Below are positions 1 through 8,785 of a stretch of 64,000 bases of DNA, piece after piece. The notes under the pieces were generated by a model. The model was given only the letters and a program-made list of their open reading frames with translations, searched no databases and was not told the DNA's origin. The translations under genes and the position numbers were made by a program. Each line of letters starts with the position of its first letter. Position 1 is the stretch's first letter. This stretch comes from a virus. The DNA is taken from positions 1 to 64,000 of the IMG/VR virus record IMGVR_UViG_3300028831_000229; one strand, 5' to 3'.

Positions 1-395
1 ACGTCGACATGAGACCGCTGTACCAGTCGAACATGTCGACGTGGTACGCCGCGAACGAGGAGATGCTCAGCGGCACGATCACTTGCCGCTTCCGACCGGA
101 CATCCGTTGCGGGAACAGGTTGCGCTTCCGCCGCAAAGGACGCGAGTACGACTTCTACATCCAGGGCGTTGCGCATGCCTTCTCGGTGGAGGCTGGCGCC
201 AGCTCGACCACGCTGACGGTTACGCGCGGCATCAACATCGCTGACAGCGGCAAGCTCGTGAACAACCTCTTCTGGAAGCCGACCGGCGCGAACATCCCGT
301 CCAAGCTCGATCCGTACGGACGCTTCACCGCAGCCGGCTTCAACCTTAATACGCAAGCTGGTGGCGTGATCATCAACCAGCAGAAGGATGTCTGA
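1..395 (+). CDS. Tail/baseplate hub protein, C-terminal part (probably truncated by window start)
   Basis: C-terminus GTITCRFRPDIRCGNRL..FYIQGVAHAF..TTLTVTRG resembles Mu gp44/T4 gp27-like hub endings; lies directly before the spike gene. Confidence 0.6.
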   Translation, partial: VDMRPLYQSNMSTWYAANEEMLSGTITCRFRPDIRCGNRLRFRRKGREYDFYIQGVAHAFSVEAGASSTTLTVTRGINIADSGKLVNNLFWKPTGANIPSKLDPYGRFTAAGFNLNTQAGGVIINQQKDV

Positions 396-1204
396 TGAAC
401 GGCGTGGCATACGACGGGACTCCGGTGCAAGCCGGCACCGAGGACGACCATCATCAGCTCACCGGCGCGACGCCGCACTTCTCCGCTATCGGGTTGCGCG
501 AGATGGTCGTCATCGATCGCAAGTTCGTCGATGAGGACGGCAACCGTTCGCGGAGCTACGTCGAGTACACGTGCCGTGACCTCCAGACGATGACCGCTGT
601 CCCTGGTTGCCGACGCGTCAACATCATGGGAGGTCTCGAGAACGGAGACGAGTACATCCTTCGTCCAGCGACCAAGCTCCGTACCGGCGGCACGCAGCAG
701 ATCTCTAAGCAGACGCCGGCCATCAACACCGATGGTGATCGTGTGCTCGTTGGGTTCATCGAAGGCTCGCAGTCGCGACCGGTGATCCTCGGCGTGCTCA
801 CGCACACCTTCTCCAAGTACGGCGCGACGCTCGAACAGGGTGATCGCCGGTTCACCACGCACAACGGAACGAGCATCGAGATCGACAAGCTCGGCCAGTA
901 CACCATCACGCACAAGAGCGGGTCGCTCATCAAGTTCTTCGATGACGGTCACATCCAGCTCACGCCGGCTTCTGGGAAGGATCTGTTCATCGGCGCGGAC
1001 GGCGCTACCGAGAACCTGGTGCTTGGTCAGAAGCTCAAGACGTTCCTCGACAACTTGATCACGGCGTTGCTCGCTGCAACATACCCAACCGGTGTCGGAC
1101 CGAGTGGTCCGATGCTGCCGCCACAGCAGACGACGTTGCAGCAGCTGCAAAGCCAGCTCGACGATCTGCTCAGCAACATGTCGTTCACGACACAGGAGGT
1201 GTGA
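395..1204 (+). CDS. Baseplate central spike (gpV/gp45/gp5-like)
   Basis: OB-fold-type GDRVLVGFIEG..RPVILG, short beta-repeat region (GTSIEIDKLG, GSLIKFFDDG), C-terminal PTGVGPSGP tip. Confidence 0.75.
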   Translation: MNGVAYDGTPVQAGTEDDHHQLTGATPHFSAIGLREMVVIDRKFVDEDGNRSRSYVEYTCRDLQTMTAVPGCRRVNIMGGLENGDEYILRPATKLRTGGTQQISKQTPAINTDGDRVLVGFIEGSQSRPVILGVLTHTFSKYGATLEQGDRRFTTHNGTSIEIDKLGQYTITHKSGSLIKFFDDGHIQLTPASGKDLFIGADGATENLVLGQKLKTFLDNLITALLAATYPTGVGPSGPMLPPQQTTLQQLQSQLDDLLSNMSFTTQEV

Positions 1205-1683
1205 CCGTGGCGATGAACCCAGACACGCTGGCACTCGAGCTTCAGAACCTCTCGCCTGTCGCGACCGAGGCTGCGGCGATCGTGAACTTCGTGAACGCCT
1301 ACGGCGTGTTTGCGGCAGACGCAGAAGCCGGGCCAGCCACGATCACGCCAGCCGCGGTCACAGCAGGCAAGGCAGCCATGCAGGCAGCGCTCGTCGGCAT
1401 GAGCGCGTCAGGTGCTGGCGCTACCATCATGTTCAACGGCGTCGTCGCTTTCTGGGCAGCCGTCGCTGCGCTCTTGGCTGGCGCGTTCGCCGGCTCGACG
1501 GCAATCACACCGCCGCCGCATGCTGGGCTCGTTGTTGGCTTGACGTCCGTGTTCGCGTCGAACACGAGCAGCGCGCTCAGCAAGAATGACGCCACGCAGA
1601 ACGTGGCTGCGGTATTCTACAGCGAAGTCATCACCGCAGGCTTCGCAACGTTCCCTCCAGGCACGCTCGCACCGATCCTCTAG
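1201..1683 (+). CDS. Ala-rich virion protein, hypothetical
   Basis: GTGA-coupled to the spike gene; position in baseplate cluster. Confidence 0.5.
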   Translation: MTVAMNPDTLALELQNLSPVATEAAAIVNFVNAYGVFAADAEAGPATITPAAVTAGKAAMQAALVGMSASGAGATIMFNGVVAFWAAVAALLAGAFAGSTAITPPPHAGLVVGLTSVFASNTSSALSKNDATQNVAAVFYSEVITAGFATFPPGTLAPIL

Positions 1684-1695
1684 GAGCACACGATC

Positions 1696-3801
1696 ATGCC
1701 CGCCTTCATCCCACCGACACAGCCCGACGCATCGTTCGCGTTGCGGTTCAACAAGTCGTACAAGTACGGCTTCTGCATGCTGTACGACGGCGAGACCGCG
1801 GCGGATCTCGACTTCAGCGGCAGCGACAACAGCTCGCCTGGCCGGTACGTCGTGCTCAACATCAACCCGCAGAACGTCAACCTCAACGAGCCGTTCGCGA
1901 CCTCGGTGCGCTTGGCGCAAGGCGGTGGCAAGGTCATCGAGCGCCGTGGTCAGGTGCTGAAGCACGGCACGATCAGCGGGCAGACCGGTTTCCTGCCAGC
2001 ACCGTACAAGCGCACGAGCACGGTCAGCACGCTGCCGACGCTTCGCGGCTCGCTGGTGCCGAACGACCCGCAGCTGGACACCAAGCTCGCGGCGATCTCC
2101 GGCTTCAAGGCGTTCCACGATCTGCGCTACCTCTTCCGGCTGTACGGCTTCGAGCTGCGCACGGGTCGCACGGACGTGAAGATGTACTACTTCGATTTCA
2201 AGAACGACGACTTCTGGCGCATCGAGCCCGACTCCTTCATCATGACGCGCTCGGCACGCAAGCCGTTCACGTTCGAGTACAACATCGCGTTCAAGTGCAT
2301 CGAGCTGGCCGACACTGCGATCACCGAGCGGCTCTCCGAACGCAGCGCGGATCCTCCGCCGCTTCCTGTTCACTGGGTGCGACCAGCGTCGGCTGCCGGC
2401 GGCTTCTTTCAGAGCATCGCGAGGCTCAAGACGATGGTCACGAGCGGCCTGACGTTCATCAAGCACACCGCGGGTGCGGTGCAGCGCGGCTTCCAGAGCG
2501 CGGTGAACGCCATCAACAATGTGGTCGGCTTCTTCGAGGACTTCCACGACACCGCCAAGACGTTGTTCGACACGGCGCTGGTGCTGCTTGCTCAAGCCGA
2601 CAACACGCTGACCGGGATGGTCGAGACCGCGAATCTCTACGCTGCGGACAACATCAAGCGTGAGCTGAACGAGTGGTACCTCGAAGCCTCGGACCTTGTG
2701 CTTCACATGGCTGATCAGATCGGCGTCCAGTCGCAGAAGAAGGGCAATGACATCCTGCTGACGAACCAGCAGTTCTCTACTGGTCGCATGAAGGCCGGCG
2801 CGACGACTGATCTGATGGCCTTCCCAGACGGAGGAACCGCGACACCAGACGCGAACCCGTTCACCGGTTCGAGCGGTCTCGGCCTGGTCACGGACATCCG
2901 CAGGATCGCAGGCACCACTGCGCTCAAGACGGTGGTGGTGCTTGACGGCGAGACGATCTACGACATCGCGCGTCGCGAGCTTGGCGACGCGAATCGCTTC
3001 ATCGACCTCGTGATCATCAACGACCTCACGCACCCGTACGTGGTCCCGGACTCCGGTGCACGTCCGTCGAACACGCTGGCGTACGGCGACTACATCCTGG
3101 TACCGGATCCGACCAAGAAGGCTCAACTTGGCGACGTCTCCGGTGAGCCGGCGCCGACGTTCAGCCACACCGTGTCGATGCTCGGGCTGACCAACCAGGT
3201 CATCGACAAGAACCTCGACCTGCCGTGGCGTGTCGATCAATGGATCGGCTACACGATCACGGTGACGCACGCGAGCGCCACCGAATCGCGCATCGTCATC
3301 AGCAACACCGAGGACACACTGACGGTGAACATCGCCTTCACGCTACCGTTCGCCGTGGGTGACACGTACACGCTCAACATGGTGACGTTCGATCCGCGCA
3401 AGCCGGTGACGCCGGACACGCGCGCCTTCGGCACCGATCTCTTGGTGAAGTTCAACAGCAAGGGCAAGTGCGACCTGGTCTTCAGCTCGCGCAACGACCT
3501 GGTGTGGGTGAGTGGGCAGGACAACTTCATGCAGCAGATGATGCTGCGCCTCACCACCGAGGTCGGTGACCACCCGTTCCACCCGTCGTACGGCGTCGAG
3601 CATCCGATCGGTCGTCCGTCGACGCTGGACGTTGCGCTCTTCTACTCCTACTTCATCCGGCGGTCGCTGCTCTCGGACCCTCGAGTGCAGGCTGTGAAGA
3701 ACGCGCAGATCGACATGGTCGGCGACCAGTACCGGTTTTCTGCTAACGTGCAGCCGATCCAGACCGTCAAGGCTCGTCCAATCACCGTCACCCTGGGGTA
3801 A
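1696..3801 (+). CDS. Baseplate protein with LysM-like and C-terminal gp25/gpW-like domains
   Basis: DGETIYDIARRELGDANRFIDLVIINDL (LysM-like); SGQDNFMQQMMLRLTTEVG..FHPSYG..LLSDPRV (gp25-like); GGAG RBS. Confidence 0.75.
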   Translation: MPAFIPPTQPDASFALRFNKSYKYGFCMLYDGETAADLDFSGSDNSSPGRYVVLNINPQNVNLNEPFATSVRLAQGGGKVIERRGQVLKHGTISGQTGFLPAPYKRTSTVSTLPTLRGSLVPNDPQLDTKLAAISGFKAFHDLRYLFRLYGFELRTGRTDVKMYYFDFKNDDFWRIEPDSFIMTRSARKPFTFEYNIAFKCIELADTAITERLSERSADPPPLPVHWVRPASAAGGFFQSIARLKTMVTSGLTFIKHTAGAVQRGFQSAVNAINNVVGFFEDFHDTAKTLFDTALVLLAQADNTLTGMVETANLYAADNIKRELNEWYLEASDLVLHMADQIGVQSQKKGNDILLTNQQFSTGRMKAGATTDLMAFPDGGTATPDANPFTGSSGLGLVTDIRRIAGTTALKTVVVLDGETIYDIARRELGDANRFIDLVIINDLTHPYVVPDSGARPSNTLAYGDYILVPDPTKKAQLGDVSGEPAPTFSHTVSMLGLTNQVIDKNLDLPWRVDQWIGYTITVTHASATESRIVISNTEDTLTVNIAFTLPFAVGDTYTLNMVTFDPRKPVTPDTRAFGTDLLVKFNSKGKCDLVFSSRNDLVWVSGQDNFMQQMMLRLTTEVGDHPFHPSYGVEHPIGRPSTLDVALFYSYFIRRSLLSDPRVQAVKNAQIDMVGDQYRFSANVQPIQTVKARPITVTLG

Positions 3802-3804
3802 CGC

Positions 3805-5895
3805 ATGACCGCACTACGCTACAAGACGTTTCCAGAGATCCTCGCGACGATGATTGCTCGCGCTCGGCGGCGCCGCGGCTCTGATGCCGACGTGTTGCCG
3901 GGTAGCGGGCTGCGCACCGTGCTGGAGTGCTCGGCGTTCAGCGATGCCGACCAGTACGTGCAGATGTCGAAGCTGGAGCAGCTCTTCAACATCGACAACT
4001 GCAAAGGCGATGACCTCGATCGTCGTGCGCTGGACCTCGGCGCGGAGATCTTCCCAGAACTGAAGCGTCGACCGGCGAACACTTCGATCTCTTCGATCGT
4101 GGTTGGCGACGGCACGCTCTTGCTCACCGCACGCCTGACGCTCGATGCAGTCGTCGGTGACACCACGTTCACGTGTGACGACCTGTCGGTGTTCCCGACG
4201 TCAGGTACCGTGACCCTCGATCAAGGATTGAGCAACGCAGAGACCGTCATCTACACGCGCGTTGGCAACGTGATGACGTACGTGCCGGTGGGCAGCACGT
4301 CGTCGCTTCAGCGCGGGCACGCGGCTGGCGCTGTTGTTGTTCGCGTGTCGGTGCGATCGGTCGTTCAGACGAGCATCGCCATCGGCGGTACGACGGTGCT
4401 GCTGACCGTCGGCACAGGCGCAGCTTGGCAGACGTCGGGCACCGTCATCCTAGAGCGCGGTACCGTGAATGAGGAGAAGCGCTCGTTCACGCGAAGCGGC
4501 GACACGCTTACCCTCGGTCTCGGGACGACGTTCGCGCACCCTGCTGGAACAGTGGTCGTGCAAGGGACGACTGGATCCAATCGAACCATCGCTTCCGGTC
4601 TCGTGCCGTTCGTTCCTGCGACCGACTCCACCAAGGAGATCGACTTCCGCACCACCGAGGCAGGCACGCTGTTCGATGGTGACTTCGTGACCGACCTCAT
4701 CGACGTCGAGTCGCAGAACGTCGGGTTCGAGACACGAGCCGGTTCCAGTACGATCACGCGTTGGCTCGCGCCGCCATTCTCCAACGCGACGGTCACCAAT
4801 CCGGTGGCGGCCACTCGAGGTGTCGATCGTGAGAAGGACGACCCGTACCGTCAGCGGCTCAAGGACTTTATCCAGAGCCTGACGCGCGCGACGCCGCTCG
4901 CCGTGACAACGTTGGTGAGCGGTGCGACCGACCCGGCAACAGGTGCAACGGTTGCGTTCGCTCAGATCATCGAGCCGGTGTCACCTGGTGCTTGCTTGCT
5001 CTACGTCACCGACGGCACGCTCAACTTCTCGCTTGGGCAGCAACCGTTCCTTGGACGCGATGTGCTCATCACGGATGCAGAACCAGGAGATCGTCGTGGT
5101 CGGTTGAGCCAGCTTGGTCCGTACAACGTGTCAGCGACGGGCAACGTCACACCGCGACTCTTCAAGAGTCTCGATCGCGGCGTGAGCACGTTGGTCGGCG
5201 CCAACTTCTTGGAGGATTCGTCGAAGACGCTCACCGCGAATGCGTATGTCGGGTACTACCTGAAGACGGACGACAACCAGTTCTACCTCATCACGTCGAA
5301 CACCGCGATCCGGTACACGGTGAGCGCTGGCGGTGCCACGCCGTCGTCAGGCAGCTATTCGATCTTCAACTTCGGTGCGACGCCGCTGATTCCCGGCACC
5401 GACTTCACGTTCAACGAGGCGACTGGTGACGTCGAGCTGGCTGCTGCGCTTGTGGCGCATGACGGTCTCGTTGCAGCGAGCGATGGCGCTGCACCGGGGC
5501 TCGGCGCGTACCAGTACAGCACCGGCCTCGCGGCGTACGTGCAGCGACTGGTCAACGGCGACGCAACCGACTTCGTGGACTTCCCGGGGTTGCGAGCCAT
5601 GGGCACGAAATGCGTCGTCACCGTGCCGAACGTCGTCACGCGGACGTTCACCATCAAGGTCGTCGCAGCACGCGGCTTCACCGACGCACAGCTCAAAAGC
5701 CCCGTGCAGGTCGCGGTGCAGACGTACATCAACTCGCTTGGCATCGGTGACAACGTCATCCTCAGCGAGATCATCCGCCTGGTGAAGGCGCTACCAGGTG
5801 TCGACGACGTGGCGGTCATCGACCCAACCTCCAACTTCATCGTGTCGAGCGGCCAGCTCATCCGCATTAGCGACACCGATGTGGTGATCATCTAA
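3805..5895 (+). CDS. Baseplate J-like wedge protein
   Basis: N-terminal KTFPEIL..GDDLDRRA; GVDREKDDPYRQR; C-terminal YINSLGIGDNVILSEII..GVDDV. Confidence 0.85.
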   Translation: MTALRYKTFPEILATMIARARRRRGSDADVLPGSGLRTVLECSAFSDADQYVQMSKLEQLFNIDNCKGDDLDRRALDLGAEIFPELKRRPANTSISSIVVGDGTLLLTARLTLDAVVGDTTFTCDDLSVFPTSGTVTLDQGLSNAETVIYTRVGNVMTYVPVGSTSSLQRGHAAGAVVVRVSVRSVVQTSIAIGGTTVLLTVGTGAAWQTSGTVILERGTVNEEKRSFTRSGDTLTLGLGTTFAHPAGTVVVQGTTGSNRTIASGLVPFVPATDSTKEIDFRTTEAGTLFDGDFVTDLIDVESQNVGFETRAGSSTITRWLAPPFSNATVTNPVAATRGVDREKDDPYRQRLKDFIQSLTRATPLAVTTLVSGATDPATGATVAFAQIIEPVSPGACLLYVTDGTLNFSLGQQPFLGRDVLITDAEPGDRRGRLSQLGPYNVSATGNVTPRLFKSLDRGVSTLVGANFLEDSSKTLTANAYVGYYLKTDDNQFYLITSNTAIRYTVSAGGATPSSGSYSIFNFGATPLIPGTDFTFNEATGDVELAAALVAHDGLVAASDGAAPGLGAYQYSTGLAAYVQRLVNGDATDFVDFPGLRAMGTKCVVTVPNVVTRTFTIKVVAARGFTDAQLKSPVQVAVQTYINSLGIGDNVILSEIIRLVKALPGVDDVAVIDPTSNFIVSSGQLIRISDTDVVII

Positions 5896-6887
5896 TGTCG
5901 ACAGAAGTCATCGGCGTCACCCTTACAAGCGTCAACCCGTCAACGCAGCTCTTGATCAGCGTGCCGGTAGACGCAGGTCAAGTTATCGCGCAAGAGGGTG
6001 ACCTGCTGCTCTTTGCGTTCATCATCATGAACGACGCGGCTAACGACGCGACCGACTTCCGTACCGCGCTCCCGCTGCCGACCGGTTGGCAACACGCTGG
6101 CTTCACGCAGACTGCGACGAACCGGGTCATCTGGGCCTTCAAGTACGTCGAGCTGGACGACCCGACGTTCTACGCGTTCACGTACCTCGCTTCCACAACC
6201 ATGGCCGGCATCATGTTCGCTGTGCGCGGTGCCGCAAGAAGCTGGGACACGTTCACGCCTGTGTTCACTCCTCCGAACTTCACACTGCCGAGCGCGTCGT
6301 TCACGAGCGGCTTCTTCGCACCAGCTGGAAGTGTTGGGGCGGTTGTGACCGGGACGAGCACATCGTTGACCACCGTGTCCGGATCCTTTCCACACACGGT
6401 GCCGGCGTCAACGCGCGTGCTGTACGTGGCGATGCAGATCGATCAGACAGGCACCACGCCGCTCTTCGATGATCCTGTGCCGCTTCCGACGCTTCGTCAG
6501 AGCGCGTTCGTCGGCACCAACGGCATCCTGCCGGCGACCCTGCCGTTCATGTTCGGCGTTGGTGACACGATGACGGTGATGGCGTTCGACGTCGACTATA
6601 CGGCTGCGAATCAGGTGCCGCCTCCTGCGATCGGCATCAACTCGAACCTTTCGCGTGCGTTCGTGGTCTCGTCGATCGCCGTGGAAGCCTTCGATGTTCT
6701 CGACGGCACCGAGGACAACTACAAGGGGAAGCTGATGCGCGGCTTGCTCAAGCATCCGTGGGACACTTCCTGGGGTTCTGGGCTAAGCGACGTCCTCACG
6801 GTCATCGGCTCGGTAGACAACGACATCGGAGGTCTGTTCGGCAGCGACGACTTCCTGCCCAACGGTGATAAGCTGTCGTCTCAGTAA
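5895..6887 (+). CDS. Virion structural protein, hypothetical
   Basis: Thr/Ser-rich ORF coupled to baseplate J; GDLLL..LPTGW motif seen in tail proteins. Confidence 0.5.
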   Translation: MSTEVIGVTLTSVNPSTQLLISVPVDAGQVIAQEGDLLLFAFIIMNDAANDATDFRTALPLPTGWQHAGFTQTATNRVIWAFKYVELDDPTFYAFTYLASTTMAGIMFAVRGAARSWDTFTPVFTPPNFTLPSASFTSGFFAPAGSVGAVVTGTSTSLTTVSGSFPHTVPASTRVLYVAMQIDQTGTTPLFDDPVPLPTLRQSAFVGTNGILPATLPFMFGVGDTMTVMAFDVDYTAANQVPPPAIGINSNLSRAFVVSSIAVEAFDVLDGTEDNYKGKLMRGLLKHPWDTSWGSGLSDVLTVIGSVDNDIGGLFGSDDFLPNGDKLSSQ

Positions 6888-6903
6888 CGAAGGAGCATCG
6901 CTC

Positions 6904-8031
6904 ATGACCGACTTTCTCCGTGACAACACCGCGCTCTGGGACGACAAAGCCGACGCACCTGGTCGCAGCCCTCCGCCGATCGCGACGCAAGGGTGGGAGG
7001 CAGTGGACGCTGGTCTTGCCAAGGCCGCGCTTCTCAGCATCCAGCTGTACCTCCGAACCGGCACGCTCGACATTCCGTCGACCACGACGGTGACGAGCCT
7101 GCACATCACCAACAGTGGTAGCCCGACGGTCGGGCCGGAGACGGATCACATCGGCTTCCGTGGTCAGTGGTTCGAGGGCGTCGACGTGGCCAACGCGCCG
7201 ACTTCTCGTGACTACGTCGAGCGTGGTCAGCGCGTCAGCTTCTCCATCAGCGATGGCGCGACGACCAACGGATCGGCCACGCTGACCAGTCCCGGCGACG
7301 GTAACTTCACCAGCGTGCTCATCGGTGCCACCGTCACAGGCACCGGCATTCCGAACGGTACGACCGTGATCGCTGTCGGCGGCCTCACCACGCTCACGAT
7401 GTCGGCGAACGCCACCGCGACAGCTTCTGGGTTGCGCGTCACGCTCGCGACCACGTCGTCGTCCGACTTGCTGTACTGGAAGCATCGCGGTGCACTGTCG
7501 CCGACACTCGGTCTCGGCGTGACGCCGCCAGACGGCTCGGCGCGGTTTCAGGTCGCAGCATCGGATGCCGAGCCTGCGATGGGTACCGCGCGTTTCCGCG
7601 TCGGCCCTTCTCAGACCGGGAAGGCGCTCGTCGTTCACGACTCGACACCGATCGATCGCTGGTGGATCGACAAGGACTTCTTCATGTCCGGCGCGTCAGG
7701 CGTCGGCGTTTCGATCAAGGCTGAGTCGAGCGCCAGCGGTCATGCGTTGGCGTTGGCCGATAACACGGGCGCCACCAACGTCTACGGCTTCGACCTTCCG
7801 ACTGGCTCCGGTGGCGTGCTTCGCTTGCGCTACACGACGGGCAACCAGACGATCATGGACTTCGGTACCGACGGTAGCATTCGTCACCTGTCGACCAAGA
7901 TCGGTTTCTTCTCCGCCACCCCTGCCGTGAAGCCGACGGTTACGGGATCTCGTGGCGGCAACGCGGCGCTCGCTTCGCTGCTGACCGCGCTCGCCAATCT
8001 CGGGCTCATCACTGACAGCACCACGGCATAA
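6904..8031 (+). CDS. Tail fibre-like protein
   Basis: AAGGAG RBS before ATG 6904; IGATVTGTGIPNGTTV repeat and C-terminal IGFFSATPAVKPTVTGSRGGNAALASLLTALANLGLI typical of fibre ends. Confidence 0.65.
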   Translation: MTDFLRDNTALWDDKADAPGRSPPPIATQGWEAVDAGLAKAALLSIQLYLRTGTLDIPSTTTVTSLHITNSGSPTVGPETDHIGFRGQWFEGVDVANAPTSRDYVERGQRVSFSISDGATTNGSATLTSPGDGNFTSVLIGATVTGTGIPNGTTVIAVGGLTTLTMSANATATASGLRVTLATTSSSDLLYWKHRGALSPTLGLGVTPPDGSARFQVAASDAEPAMGTARFRVGPSQTGKALVVHDSTPIDRWWIDKDFFMSGASGVGVSIKAESSASGHALALADNTGATNVYGFDLPTGSGGVLRLRYTTGNQTIMDFGTDGSIRHLSTKIGFFSATPAVKPTVTGSRGGNAALASLLTALANLGLITDSTTA

Positions 8032-8041
8032 GGAGCACATC

Positions 8042-8473
8042 ATGTCCCTCTACGCACTCGCACTTCGCACCACGCAGACCGCCGCTGCGAATCCGTCCTG
8101 GGAGGTCCGCAGCACCTCTGGCAACAAGCCGCGCATCATGGAGCTGTGGATCGCGCAGGTCACCGCGGTGGCTGGCGTCTACGGCATCGGGCGGCCGGCT
8201 GCCATCGGGGTTACGCCGACGACGCCGCAGACGTTCGTCGACGAAGGTGACGGCAACGCGCCGGCTGCGCAGACCACTGCGGCGGTGGCCTGGGGCACGG
8301 CGCCGACCATCCCGAGCAACTTCAACCGGCGGTTGCCGTGTGCCGGCTCCATCGGTGTCGGCGCGATCGCAACGTTTCCGCGCGGTCTCGGCATCCCGAC
8401 CTCGAACTCGATCATCACGTGGATCATCGCCACCGCGCCGGTCTGCGACATCTCCTGCGTGGTGGACGAGTAG
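8042..8473 (+). CDS. Virion protein, hypothetical
   Basis: AAGGAG RBS; located in the tail module. Confidence 0.5.
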   Translation: MSLYALALRTTQTAAANPSWEVRSTSGNKPRIMELWIAQVTAVAGVYGIGRPAAIGVTPTTPQTFVDEGDGNAPAAQTTAAVAWGTAPTIPSNFNRRLPCAGSIGVGAIATFPRGLGIPTSNSIITWIIATAPVCDISCVVDE

Positions 8474-8475
8474 CC

Positions 8476-8784
8476 ATGGCGAACCCTGTTCGTTCAGGCA
8501 AGGACGCGTTGCCGGATCACATGTCGCCTGCTGGTGATGTCGTCGCTGCTCAGCTCGTCATCACGCTTCACGCGAGCGGTGCGCTCACCATCACGGGTCC
8601 GATCGCCGATCCACAGTGGTGCCTCGATGCGCTCGACCACGCACGCGACTTCATCAAGAACAGCATGAAGCCGAAGGATCAGATCGTCGTCGTTCCGGCG
8701 AAGGACGTCGAGTTGGCAACGCCGCTACGAGACGTGGAACTCGTGGCACCGAACGGTGGAAAGCTCACACGAAAGGCGGTGTAA
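8476..8784 (+). CDS. Hypothetical protein
   Basis: ATG just after upstream stop; fills the gap to the next gene. Confidence 0.5.
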   Translation: MANPVRSGKDALPDHMSPAGDVVAAQLVITLHASGALTITGPIADPQWCLDALDHARDFIKNSMKPKDQIVVVPAKDVELATPLRDVELVAPNGGKLTRKAV

Positions 8785-8785
8785 C

